Below, piece after piece: positions 10,977 to 19,962 of a stretch of DNA of 50,324 bases. This DNA comes from Flavobacteriaceae bacterium. GTDB lineage: Bacteria; Bacteroidota; Bacteroidia; Flavobacteriales; Flavobacteriaceae. A program made the translations under genes and the position numbers. How positions within the stretch are numbered: the first letter of the stretch is position 1; every line of letters begins with the position of its first letter. Under the pieces are notes generated by a model. The model made no database searches. It saw only the letters and a program-made list of their open reading frames with translations, and had not been told where the DNA came from. The stretch covers positions 1 through 50,324 of the forward strand of contig CANCFZ010000001.1 of the NCBI GenBank assembly GCA_947377425.1, written 5' to 3'.

Positions 10977-12836
10977 TTAAACAAATAATTTTTCTGGAGA
11001 TGTTAGTTTATTTAAGTTAAGTTTTAAATCGGAATTCAATAGTTTGAATCCGTATTGAAAAGAGGCATTCATCCAACCAAAACCTTCACGGGTAATGTAT
11101 TCAAAATCGGTGCCTTGATTACCATATTCTGCAAAGACTTTATGGGAAGCACTTACAACGTCGTATTTTTCTGGAACCGTTCCGTTATAATCACAGGCAT
11201 TTTTAGTTATCATCCAGAGCCATCTATAAATTAATTCTTGTGCTTTTTCGTGATATCCATAATTCAACAATCCTTGCCAAATAATGATTTGATGTGGTGG
11301 CCAACCATTTGGGAAATCCCATTGTCGTTGCATTTGATTTTCATCTACAATAGCTAGTGCTTCTGCCGAACAACCTGCAATTCCACCAAGACAAATTAAT
11401 TTTGGAAGTGCATTCTGAATCATTTTATCGGCTTGTTCTTGTGAAGCAATATTTGCCCATAATGGAAAAAAACTAGTTGCTGATAAAAATACATTTTGAG
11501 ATTTGGCTTCAATATTGTAGTCAAAAAAGGAAGAATGTTCTTCATTCCACAGATACTTGTTTATTAATTTCTTTCTGTTTTCTGATTTTGACAACCAATA
11601 ATTTTTGTTGTGTTTTTTATTGTTAAACTCAAAATCATCTTCAAAATATACTGCTATTAAAGTTGCAAAATCTGTTTCGTATTTATACAACATAGCATTC
11701 AACTCAACCACGTTCAACGAAGCGCAAGTTGCTTCAATACGATAACTAGTATCATGACCACTTTCGCGAACACTTCTATCATGAATAAAATAAGCGTCTA
11801 ATTCGGGATTGTCAATTTTGCGTTGATAATACAGCTTTTCATATTCCGAAATAGACAAATTTATTTCATCTGCAAAAGGCTTTAAAATTTCATCATAATG
11901 TCCGGGTTCGGTTTCTGGCGGCAAGCCAATTCCTTGTGCTAAATAACGATTCAATCCATTTTTGGTTAGGCGATTTTCATCAACCATCCAAACCGTTTCA
12001 TATTCTGTAATTGCAACTTGCAACTGCTTTTTAAGCCAATTCAAATCCTTGTTAGGCATGGCGTCAAAAACCTCACGAATCATACTTGAAAAAAATGGAG
12101 GCTGCGTTCGAGTTAAATAATACGAGCGATTGGCATTTAGAATTTTGCCGTAATGCATAATTTGATACGTGAAATTTTCAACCATACTTTTTGCCAAATC
12201 CAACTTTCCGTCAATTAGCAAACCTATATTTTCAAAATAACTGTCCCAACCATACATTTCATTAAATCTTCCTCCAGGAACGACAAAAGGCAATCCTGAC
12301 GTTTTTCCTTCAATAGTTTGCAAAGCAAGTGCTAAAATTCCACCTTCATCATTGATACTACTTACATATTGAGGCGTAATGTTTTTGGGAAGTTGTACTA
12401 CTTTTAAATTAAATTTAGACGACAAATCTTGGTAATATCTAAAAGCAAAATCATCAGTAAATGGGACATATATAATAGATTTCTCCGCTTTAGATTTGGA
12501 ATCAGTTAGAATGTTTTCTAACCCTTTTTCATCCATTGTTCGGGTTAATCCATCCCAAAAATAATCTTTTATCATGCGATTAATTCTATTCGCTGGAAGT
12601 TCAAAAATTTTGTCAGCATCAATAAAATCTGAATTATTTTCTTGTGCTAGAATTAATTCTTGCAATAAATTGGATAAAAAATAAGTCCCTTCAATAGCAA
12701 TAAGATTTCTATCAGATAGCAGAATAAATTTTTTTATTCCTTTGTCTTCAATAGTAATTCTTTTGTCTTTGTCAGTATCTTCTTGTAGTAGAAGTTGCGA
12801 AAGTGTCTCGGAAATATTAAGCTTGAGTAATTGCAT
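10977..12836 (-). CDS. GH37 alpha,alpha-trehalase, neutral-trehalase type with N-terminal Ca-binding motif
   Basis: VVPGGRFNEMYGWDSYF, ILNANRSYYLTRTQPP, RESGHD, QWDFPNGWPP, PEKYDV, EGFGWMNAS; N-terminal EDTDKDKRITIED; no signal peptide. Confidence 0.93.
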   Translation of the reverse strand: MQLLKLNISETLSQLLLQEDTDKDKRITIEDKGIKKFILLSDRNLIAIEGTYFLSNLLQELILAQENNSDFIDADKIFELPANRINRMIKDYFWDGLTRTMDEKGLENILTDSKSKAEKSIIYVPFTDDFAFRYYQDLSSKFNLKVVQLPKNITPQYVSSINDEGGILALALQTIEGKTSGLPFVVPGGRFNEMYGWDSYFENIGLLIDGKLDLAKSMVENFTYQIMHYGKILNANRSYYLTRTQPPFFSSMIREVFDAMPNKDLNWLKKQLQVAITEYETVWMVDENRLTKNGLNRYLAQGIGLPPETEPGHYDEILKPFADEINLSISEYEKLYYQRKIDNPELDAYFIHDRSVRESGHDTSYRIEATCASLNVVELNAMLYKYETDFATLIAVYFEDDFEFNNKKHNKNYWLSKSENRKKLINKYLWNEEHSSFFDYNIEAKSQNVFLSATSFFPLWANIASQEQADKMIQNALPKLICLGGIAGCSAEALAIVDENQMQRQWDFPNGWPPHQIIIWQGLLNYGYHEKAQELIYRWLWMITKNACDYNGTVPEKYDVVSASHKVFAEYGNQGTDFEYITREGFGWMNASFQYGFKLLNSDLKLNLNKLTSPEKLFV

Positions 12837-14061
12837 TTTTTTTATTCATTTTATACAATATCCAAATTAAGATAAAAATAAATATTATTGGAATTAATGA
12901 GAAATAGAAGGCTGTTGTACCGTCAAAAGATTCGAAAACGTGACCCGTAATTATAGAGCCTGTTGTGCCACCAAGCGCAGAAAAAACGACGATTAATCCA
13001 GCCATTGAACTGTGCATATATTTGGGTAACGAAGAAAGAATCGTGGAATTTAATGTTGGGTATATTGGAGCTAAAAACAATCCCATAATTGGCAATAAAT
13101 ACAACACAAAAGGTGCATTTAACCATGTCATTTGTTGGTCATTTTCAATAACAATATTTTTGGCTAAAGGCATTACAATAATTACAATTGAAGCAACTGC
13201 AAGCAAACAAAAAGATAAAAAATAAATCCATTTTATACGTAACAAAACAAAACCCGAAAGCAATCTACCTAGAAATGTTGCACCTGCCAAAATAGAACCT
13301 GCTTGAACAGCAACACTTGTTGGAGAATGAAGAATTTCTTTATAGAATGTTGGCATCCAAGTAGAAAAACTTTGTTCAATCATTACATAAAAAAATATTG
13401 AAAGTATAAAAACGATTATTAGTGATTTTACAATCAATCCTATCATTTCTTTAAAATCTTTTTCAATTGAAGTATTTTCAATTTTGGCTTCACTCTCATC
13501 TAATTTTGAAAACAATAACAATAAAAAAGCTAGTAAAGACAAACCAGAAATTAACCAATAAATATGCAGCCATTCACGAGATTTTGAATTGGCATCGTTT
13601 ACAAAATAACTAAAAACAAATCCGCCAAGCATAACTCCCGACATAAAAATCGCTTCCAAAAAATTCATGAAACTACCATGTTCTTTTTCGTTATCGGTTA
13701 ATAATCCTATGGTTGAAAAAATAGAAACTTTGATAAGCGCAAAGGAAACTCCAATTACAAAAAACAAAAGTTTGAAATACCAAAAAGCATCTGCAAAAGG
13801 CATAATACTACTAATAATTGTTACTAATGACAAAGCAATGAGCATTGATTTTTTAAGCCCTATTTTGGGCAGAAAAGAAGCAAAAATAAAAGCCGCAATT
13901 GCAATTGGTAAATCTTTAAATCCTTCAAGAACGGAGGCACCGCTTTTAGAAACACCAAAATTAAGTTGCATTTGAAGCATGACAACTCCAACGCAGTTTA
14001 GCAATATTGCAAACACAAAATAGTTAAAAAACAAAGATAATTTTATGGTTGCATTTTTCAT
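12817..14061 (-). CDS. MFS transporter, FucP/glucose-galactose type
   Basis: About 12 hydrophobic segments; YVMIEQSFSTW, FLGRLLSG, GLFLAPIYPT; overlaps the trehalase start. Confidence 0.8.
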   Translation of the reverse strand: MKNATIKLSLFFNYFVFAILLNCVGVVMLQMQLNFGVSKSGASVLEGFKDLPIAIAAFIFASFLPKIGLKKSMLIALSLVTIISSIMPFADAFWYFKLLFFVIGVSFALIKVSIFSTIGLLTDNEKEHGSFMNFLEAIFMSGVMLGGFVFSYFVNDANSKSREWLHIYWLISGLSLLAFLLLLFSKLDESEAKIENTSIEKDFKEMIGLIVKSLIIVFILSIFFYVMIEQSFSTWMPTFYKEILHSPTSVAVQAGSILAGATFLGRLLSGFVLLRIKWIYFLSFCLLAVASIVIIVMPLAKNIVIENDQQMTWLNAPFVLYLLPIMGLFLAPIYPTLNSTILSSLPKYMHSSMAGLIVVFSALGGTTGSIITGHVFESFDGTTAFYFSLIPIIFIFILIWILYKMNKKNAITQA

Positions 14062-14084
14062 TTAAACTAATTTATGGTTGTTTA

Positions 14085-15014
14085 TTATGCTTTTAGATAT
14101 TCTTTAAAATCAATTCCATCAGGCAATCTTCCTACATTTTGAAGTTTTAAGGACGCTAATTTTTGAGCAATTGAAATACTATCTTCTAGATTTATTTGTT
14201 GCAATTGAGCGTACAAAAACCCTGTCCAAAAGGCATCGCCTGCGCCGGTTGCATCTTTAACTTCATTAATTGGTAATGCTTCTTGAAAAAACAAACCGTG
14301 GTTTTTATCTGACAAAACTACACCATTTTTACCTTTCGTCAAACAAATTGTTGTTGCTCCAAGATTGTGAAAATAGTCAAAAATATAATCCTCCGATTTT
14401 ACTTCTGCAAACAATCTGTAACAATCATCTTCACTTAATTTTACTAATGGATCATTTGATAAATATTCTTTTATAACCTGCTTTGCTTCTTCTCTATTGG
14501 GCCAAATTCGTTCTGAAAAATTAACATCAATACTTAATTGCAATCCTAATTCTTTGGCTTTTCTGGCACGGTTTAGAATTGTTTCTCTCGCAGGATTTTT
14601 ACTTAACGCAAAACAAGTTGTGTGAAATATTTTAGCTTTTTCAAGAAGTTCGTCTGGCAATTGATGTTCTAAAATATTACAATCGGCTTCACGATATGGA
14701 ATGAAATCGGGTGTTTCGGTCGATTTTGAAACAAAAATCACTGATGTTGGTGCCGTTTCTAATTTGCTAATATAATTAGTATTTACTTCATTAGCTTTCA
14801 ATTTTCTAACTATATAATCACCTAAACCATCTTGCCCACAAGTTGCCACAATAACAGATTTTAAACCTAATCTAGATGCGTTTACCGCAACATTTGTAGG
14901 TGAGCCACCAAGAAATCTATGGTAATCTTTGGTTCTATTTATGGAAGTATTGACTTCATGTCCAATAAAATCTATTAGTACTTCTCCTATGCAAATGATG
15001 TCTATAGTTTTCAA
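14085..15014 (-). CDS. PfkB-family carbohydrate kinase (fructokinase-like)
   Basis: GEVLIDF, GGSPTNVA, DVNF, DATGAGDAF; TTG start. Confidence 0.9.
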   Translation of the reverse strand: MKTIDIICIGEVLIDFIGHEVNTSINRTKDYHRFLGGSPTNVAVNASRLGLKSVIVATCGQDGLGDYIVRKLKANEVNTNYISKLETAPTSVIFVSKSTETPDFIPYREADCNILEHQLPDELLEKAKIFHTTCFALSKNPARETILNRARKAKELGLQLSIDVNFSERIWPNREEAKQVIKEYLSNDPLVKLSEDDCYRLFAEVKSEDYIFDYFHNLGATTICLTKGKNGVVLSDKNHGLFFQEALPINEVKDATGAGDAFWTGFLYAQLQQINLEDSISIAQKLASLKLQNVGRLPDGIDFKEYLKA

Positions 15015-15015
15015 A

Positions 15016-16191
15016 TTAAACTAGAATTTTAAAATTATGATATACTGATTGATGAACTAAAACCGCTGCTGCTGCACTCCAGGCACAAAAAGCAACTCCG
15101 TTTGGCTCTTGTGTATTGGTGTTAAAATTTTCGTAAAAGGAATACTCTTTTATGGCATTTGCGTGATTTATTTTTTCTAAAATCGCTATCGTTTCGTAGG
15201 TTTTAGATTTAGAATGTAATGCCAATCCGAAGAAACCATTGACCATTGACCAACTTCCACCATTGTGAAATTCGTAAGGAAAATTTCTAAATTCGTACTT
15301 GCAATTATTTTTTAGCAAATTCCAATGCTCATCAGTTTCAAAAATTGGCGGCCAAAAAGCAGGAAGTAATCCTAATTTAGTTTCTGACGCTAATGAAAGT
15401 GAGTAGTTTAGAATTTTATCTTGAGATTCGGCAGAACCAATATTTAATAAAACTACTAAAGAATTTGCGAAAGCATCGAAATTGGTTTTATAACCTGAAG
15501 GCGAAAAAGAACAAGGCATAAAATCGTTAAATTTCATTTCGTTGTAAGCGCGTTCGTGGTATTTTTCACCGTTTGAATTCGGCAAGAAATTAGTTTCTAT
15601 TTGTTTGGTTATGTTGTTGATTTTTAGAGTAATAAAATCGCTTTTAGCAAAATAATTATATGATTTTAAAGCCCAAACGCGCAACAATTGATCGTATAAA
15701 GTGTAACCATCTGTAATGTATTCGTCAGCCCAATTTCCTGATAATGGCACATATAATAAATGTTTATTATTGAATTCCCAAGCGTCTAAAAGTGCAAGAC
15801 ATTTTTCTATTTCCAAATCATATTGAGCAACAAAATCGACATCCTTTTTATAAAAAGCATATTGACAAATTCCAATAACAAACCAAGTTACGGCATCTAC
15901 TCTTCCTGCTAAACCGCCGTAACTAACCTCATTTTTATCATCTGAAATTAATACATTGGATGGAATAGTTCCAACTTGATGTTGGTTATTAGCTAACGTT
16001 TGCAATGTTTTTTTGAACGTTTCAATAAGTTTTTCGTCACCTGATGCTAATGCTGACAATCCGCAAATAACGCCATCGCGTGCCCAAACTCGTTTATAAT
16101 TGGACGTATTTTCTGCACTTGCCAAAAACCCATTTGGCGAAGCTACATCATGCAACAATTGAATTGCTTTTTGATAGGCTAAATTATTCAC
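15016..16191 (-). CDS. GH100-like (alkaline/neutral invertase-related) glycoside hydrolase
   Basis: NYKRVWARDG, VDAVTWFVIG, YEFHNGGSW, FYENF, C-terminal WSAA resemble GH100 motifs; no signal peptide; substrate not established. Confidence 0.7.
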   Translation of the reverse strand: MNNLAYQKAIQLLHDVASPNGFLASAENTSNYKRVWARDGVICGLSALASGDEKLIETFKKTLQTLANNQHQVGTIPSNVLISDDKNEVSYGGLAGRVDAVTWFVIGICQYAFYKKDVDFVAQYDLEIEKCLALLDAWEFNNKHLLYVPLSGNWADEYITDGYTLYDQLLRVWALKSYNYFAKSDFITLKINNITKQIETNFLPNSNGEKYHERAYNEMKFNDFMPCSFSPSGYKTNFDAFANSLVVLLNIGSAESQDKILNYSLSLASETKLGLLPAFWPPIFETDEHWNLLKNNCKYEFRNFPYEFHNGGSWSMVNGFFGLALHSKSKTYETIAILEKINHANAIKEYSFYENFNTNTQEPNGVAFCAWSAAAAVLVHQSVYHNFKILV

Positions 16192-17494
16192 TAATAGCTT
16201 GCTTTTTTGTTTTCATAAATAAAGTACAAATGGCGCTCAAAACTAACAAAACTCCCGCAAAAGTTATTGCCTGTCTGGGATCATTGTTTAAAAAATGTTT
16301 CATAATATATCCAAAAGTGATTGTTTGAATGAACATTGGAATTACGATCATCATGTTAATAATTCCCATATAAACACCATAACGTTCTTTAGGTATGTTA
16401 CTTACTATCATCAGATAAGGAATTCCCATCATGCTTGCCCATCCAATTCCAAAACCTGTAATGGCTGGAAACAATAGATATTTATTTTCTATATGTGGAA
16501 AAATTAAAAATCCAATCGCAGCAAAAGTCAAACAGATAAAATGAACATATTTGGCAGAATATTTTTTAGCAAAACCGACTAAGGCAAAAGCCACTAAAAA
16601 AGTTACAACATTATACCAACCGTTTACTAATCCAGTCCAACTTACAGCTTCACCATATAATTTCATGTTTTTTTCTGGAGTGGTATTCCAAACAGAAAGT
16701 GCAATGCTTTTAGATGAATTTTGCCAATAACAAAACAAGGCATACCATTGAAACAAATATACTAATGCCAATTGCCACATTACTTTGGGCATCTCTTTTA
16801 TTGCATCAAAAATATCAATAAATGGAGTGAAAACATTAATTTTTTCGGACTTCATTTTTTGTATTTCTTCTTCTGTTGGTGGAATCTCCGAAGTTGTTTT
16901 CATACTCCATAAAACGGTTGCTATTGAACAAACGGCCCCAAAAATAAATGACCCAAAAACCCAATTAGGAATTTTTCCGGTAGTTCCAATAATAATCATT
17001 GGAAAAATAAATAATGAAATGTTGGCTAATGTTTGACCCAATCCGGTAAAAAAACTTTGTGCCTGAAAACCAGTCGGCTGTTGATTTTCATCTAGTTTAT
17101 CGGCAATAAAAGCGCGATAAGGTTCCATTGCTGTGTTATTTCCAACGTCTAAAATCCAAAGCAACCCAGCTGCCATCCACAACGAACTACTAAACGGAAA
17201 AGCAAATAATGCCAAACTACACATTATAGCACCTACAAGAAAATAAGGTTTTCTTCTTCCTCCAAGTCGCGGCGACCAAGTTTTATCACTCAAGGCTCCA
17301 ATAATTGGCTGTACTAACAATCCGGTTAATGGACCTGCAAGATTTAAAAAAGGTATTTGATCTGGATGGGCACCAAGAAAGTCGTAAATAGGATTGACGG
17401 CACTTTGTTGCAAACCAAAACTATATTGAATGCCAAAAAAGCCTACATTCATATTGATGATTTGCCAGAAACTTAATTTTATTTTCATGCTCAT
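16184..17494 (-). CDS. MFS sugar transporter, SLC45/sucrose-maltose type
   Basis: NMNVGFFGIQYSFGLQ, AGPLTGLLVQPIIGALSD, GRRKPY, NNTAMEPYRAFIAD, GVYMGIINMMIVIP. Start may be 17488. Confidence 0.88.
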   Translation of the reverse strand: MSMKIKLSFWQIINMNVGFFGIQYSFGLQQSAVNPIYDFLGAHPDQIPFLNLAGPLTGLLVQPIIGALSDKTWSPRLGGRRKPYFLVGAIMCSLALFAFPFSSSLWMAAGLLWILDVGNNTAMEPYRAFIADKLDENQQPTGFQAQSFFTGLGQTLANISLFIFPMIIIGTTGKIPNWVFGSFIFGAVCSIATVLWSMKTTSEIPPTEEEIQKMKSEKINVFTPFIDIFDAIKEMPKVMWQLALVYLFQWYALFCYWQNSSKSIALSVWNTTPEKNMKLYGEAVSWTGLVNGWYNVVTFLVAFALVGFAKKYSAKYVHFICLTFAAIGFLIFPHIENKYLLFPAITGFGIGWASMMGIPYLMIVSNIPKERYGVYMGIINMMIVIPMFIQTITFGYIMKHFLNNDPRQAITFAGVLLVLSAICTLFMKTKKQAISE

Positions 17495-17507
17495 AGTTGA
17501 ATCCTAT

Positions 17508-17553
17508 AAAAATTAAAAATAGTTTCCTCATCAACAAAGACAAGAAAACTATT
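17508..17553 (-). terminator. Terminator-like hairpin in the leader of the MFS-GH100 operon
   Basis: Minus strand AATAGTTTTCT-14 nt-AGGAAACTATT (one G-U pair) followed by TTTAATTTTT; AT-rich, weak stem. Confidence 0.35.
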
Positions 17554-17621
17554 AATTTTAAACAAAATATATGAAAAACTAACTTAACTATATAATGAGT
17601 TTCATATTATTTTCATATATT

Positions 17622-17629
17622 CAAATGTA
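17622..17629 (-). promoter_or_regulatory. -7 promoter element for the MFS-GH100-pfkB-MFS-trehalase operon
   Basis: TACATTTG on the minus strand. Confidence 0.6.
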
Positions 17630-17684
17630 AAGCTCTTAAGCTATATAGCAGCACTATTACTATCAAAATCGTCATGAAACGACA

Positions 17685-17698
17685 CGAAATCGTTTTCG
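17685..17698. promoter_or_regulatory. LacI-family operator (weaker companion site at 17664-17677)
   Basis: CGAAATCGTTTTCG, 13/14 match to the palindrome CGAAAACGTTTTCG seen at 31294 and 33651. Confidence 0.75.
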
Positions 17699-17707
17699 GA
17701 AATACTA

Positions 17708-18625
17708 TTAGTTTTTTAAATACGGAATAATGATTTGTGTTTCCCACTCAATTTCATTTCCGCCATTGAACGGATTTGCAAAAAAATGTTCTAAAGGCTT
17801 ATAATTAAGTTTGATATTGTGCTCTTTTGCATAATCTAAAAGAGCAAACCAAGCCCTATCTGAAGTTCTCATGTTTCCATAATAGGTTGCTGATAATCCT
17901 TTCATCGCTGGAATTGTTTTGAATTTTACTTTTTCATCTGCAATGTAAATTGTAGATCTATCTATTGGAAAACAGTAATTGAATTCAATTTGTTCTGAAT
18001 CTAAATCCCATTTTACAATTTCAACATAGGGCTTCCCTATAATTTTAATTTTATTATTAGTTAAGTATAATGAAATTGCCGCATCGTTCATAATCATCAT
18101 TTGTGCTTTTTCTTGCAAAACACTTTTCATGTTTATGTAGGCAACAAACTCTTCTTGGGATGAACCTTCTCCATTAATTTTGACTTTAAAATTTTGCAAA
18201 TGTGCCTCAAGTGCTTCTTTAAAATCCTTTATTTTTTTTAGTTGTTCTTCTTTGAATTTTGTTTTAAAAAAAGGTGCTGTTAATCGATTGTAAATACTGT
18301 TTCCTTCTTCTTTTATATCCACTTTTACTTCCGTTATTGAATCGTTATCTGAAGACAAATACCACGAATAATTAAATACTTGATTTCCTTTTATCATTTT
18401 TTGAGCAATGAAATCAAAATTGTTTTTTTCTAAAACAACATAGTTTTCGTTCTTACTTTTAAGTTGTTGATTAGACCAATCTTTTATACCTTGAAAAACA
18501 GTTGCGGTAGCTGTTTTTGCTTTAAATGTAATTGTATAATCACTTTTTTTAACAACTAAATACCAAATCAAAAAAGCAACAAAAACAATCAAAAATCCAA
18601 CAAAATATTTCTTTTTATTTAACAT
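17708..18625 (-). CDS. Membrane-anchored protein with C-terminal GyrI-like small-molecule-binding domain
   Basis: N-terminal TM helix; C-terminal GKPYVEI, FNYCFPI, LSATYYGN, AWFALLDYAKEH, PLEHF, WETQIIIP pattern; start overlaps the upstream gene by 11 bp. Confidence 0.7.
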   Translation of the reverse strand: MLNKKKYFVGFLIVFVAFLIWYLVVKKSDYTITFKAKTATATVFQGIKDWSNQQLKSKNENYVVLEKNNFDFIAQKMIKGNQVFNYSWYLSSDNDSITEVKVDIKEEGNSIYNRLTAPFFKTKFKEEQLKKIKDFKEALEAHLQNFKVKINGEGSSQEEFVAYINMKSVLQEKAQMMIMNDAAISLYLTNNKIKIIGKPYVEIVKWDLDSEQIEFNYCFPIDRSTIYIADEKVKFKTIPAMKGLSATYYGNMRTSDRAWFALLDYAKEHNIKLNYKPLEHFFANPFNGGNEIEWETQIIIPYLKN

Positions 18626-19952
18626 CTTTTTTTAAGAATTTTAATTTTTTAACAATAAATTCACCCACATTTCTACCTTGAATAATTCCGTTTTCTATAG
18701 CAGCTTTGTAATGAATTCCACCGTAAAAACGACTCATAGACGCTTCTTTGGCAGCATCTTTAAACGATTTAAATTTTCTACTTGGTAAATTATATGGCAA
18801 TTCTGTATCATCTAAATAGACAAAGTTTTCTCCAAAAACAGAAGTCAAAACTATAGAAGAACACGTTGAGGCTACCGAATGTCCACTTGTGTATTCTGGA
18901 AATGGTGGTGTTTGCAATAACGGACGCCAGTTTTCATCAATATTTTGATTGATAATTGTTTCCGGACGAACCACATTACTTCTGTATTTTTCATCCCAAC
19001 AACTAATAAACGCATCAAACAATCCGATTGAAGTTGCAGTGTAAGCATAAACAGTTTTATCAAAATCAGCTTTAGAAGAATTACAGGCAATTTTGGTAAT
19101 TCCCATCCAGTGTCCACCTGGTGTAATTTTCTTTTTGGCAAACATCATGTGTCCTTGATTTACGGTTACATACGGATTGCAATCCCAAAATTGTGCAATT
19201 TTCATTTCTTCAGACTTATCACCTTTTTTAATCATCATTTGACTGATATCATAAACTTCTTGTACTTGTTTGAAAAACGGTGAATTTTTATCTGTAGAAT
19301 ACTTTAATGCAGGAGCAGGTTTAAACTGCGATGATGAATCTAAAACCAAGGTTCTTATTTCGCCCCAATGCGGTTCAACGGCATCCATATAAGACGGTGG
19401 CGTAGGTTGCCATCTCGATTTATCATTGGCAAAAACAGAAAATTTTGGATAGGTCCGAGTTTGTTTGTAGTTGTCTTTTCCCATCCATTTTTTGATTCGT
19501 TCGGCAACTTTTAGCCCGTATTCTTTGGAAACTTCAAATTCTTTTGGATTTTCATCCGACCATTTTTTATACAAGCTATCGCGAAATTTTTCAACCAAAT
19601 CTTCTGAAAAAACTAGCGCTTTACTCACTTCCATGTGAGCTACCAAAGCCGCTACATTTTTATTGACACCACTTTTAGCATCCAATCTCGGAATAGAATC
19701 CAAACCTTTCAATTGACCTTGAAGCGAATTGTAAGTAGTGCTATTTTGAGAAATAACCTCATAAGCCGCAATATTGGGATAGGTATAAATCCTACTGGCT
19801 ACAGGCGGCGAAAAAATATCGTGAATCAAGATTTGAGTTACATTATCTATCGATGCTTCATAATCGGATGGTGTTACTACAATCGGCTTTTCTTTTTTGC
19901 AAGAAACAACCAACATACATAGTGCTGCAAGGGTAACTATTTTAAATTTCAT
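18615..19952 (-). CDS. Vanadium-dependent haloperoxidase / PAP2-superfamily lipoprotein
   Basis: Lipobox VVSC; complete vanadate/phosphate-binding motifs KYRSNVVRP, TPPFPEYTSGHS, SRFYGGIHY. Confidence 0.85.
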   Translation of the reverse strand: MKFKIVTLAALCMLVVSCKKEKPIVVTPSDYEASIDNVTQILIHDIFSPPVASRIYTYPNIAAYEVISQNSTTYNSLQGQLKGLDSIPRLDAKSGVNKNVAALVAHMEVSKALVFSEDLVEKFRDSLYKKWSDENPKEFEVSKEYGLKVAERIKKWMGKDNYKQTRTYPKFSVFANDKSRWQPTPPSYMDAVEPHWGEIRTLVLDSSSQFKPAPALKYSTDKNSPFFKQVQEVYDISQMMIKKGDKSEEMKIAQFWDCNPYVTVNQGHMMFAKKKITPGGHWMGITKIACNSSKADFDKTVYAYTATSIGLFDAFISCWDEKYRSNVVRPETIINQNIDENWRPLLQTPPFPEYTSGHSVASTCSSIVLTSVFGENFVYLDDTELPYNLPSRKFKSFKDAAKEASMSRFYGGIHYKAAIENGIIQGRNVGEFIVKKLKFLKKDVK

Positions 19953-19962
19953 TGTGTATTTT

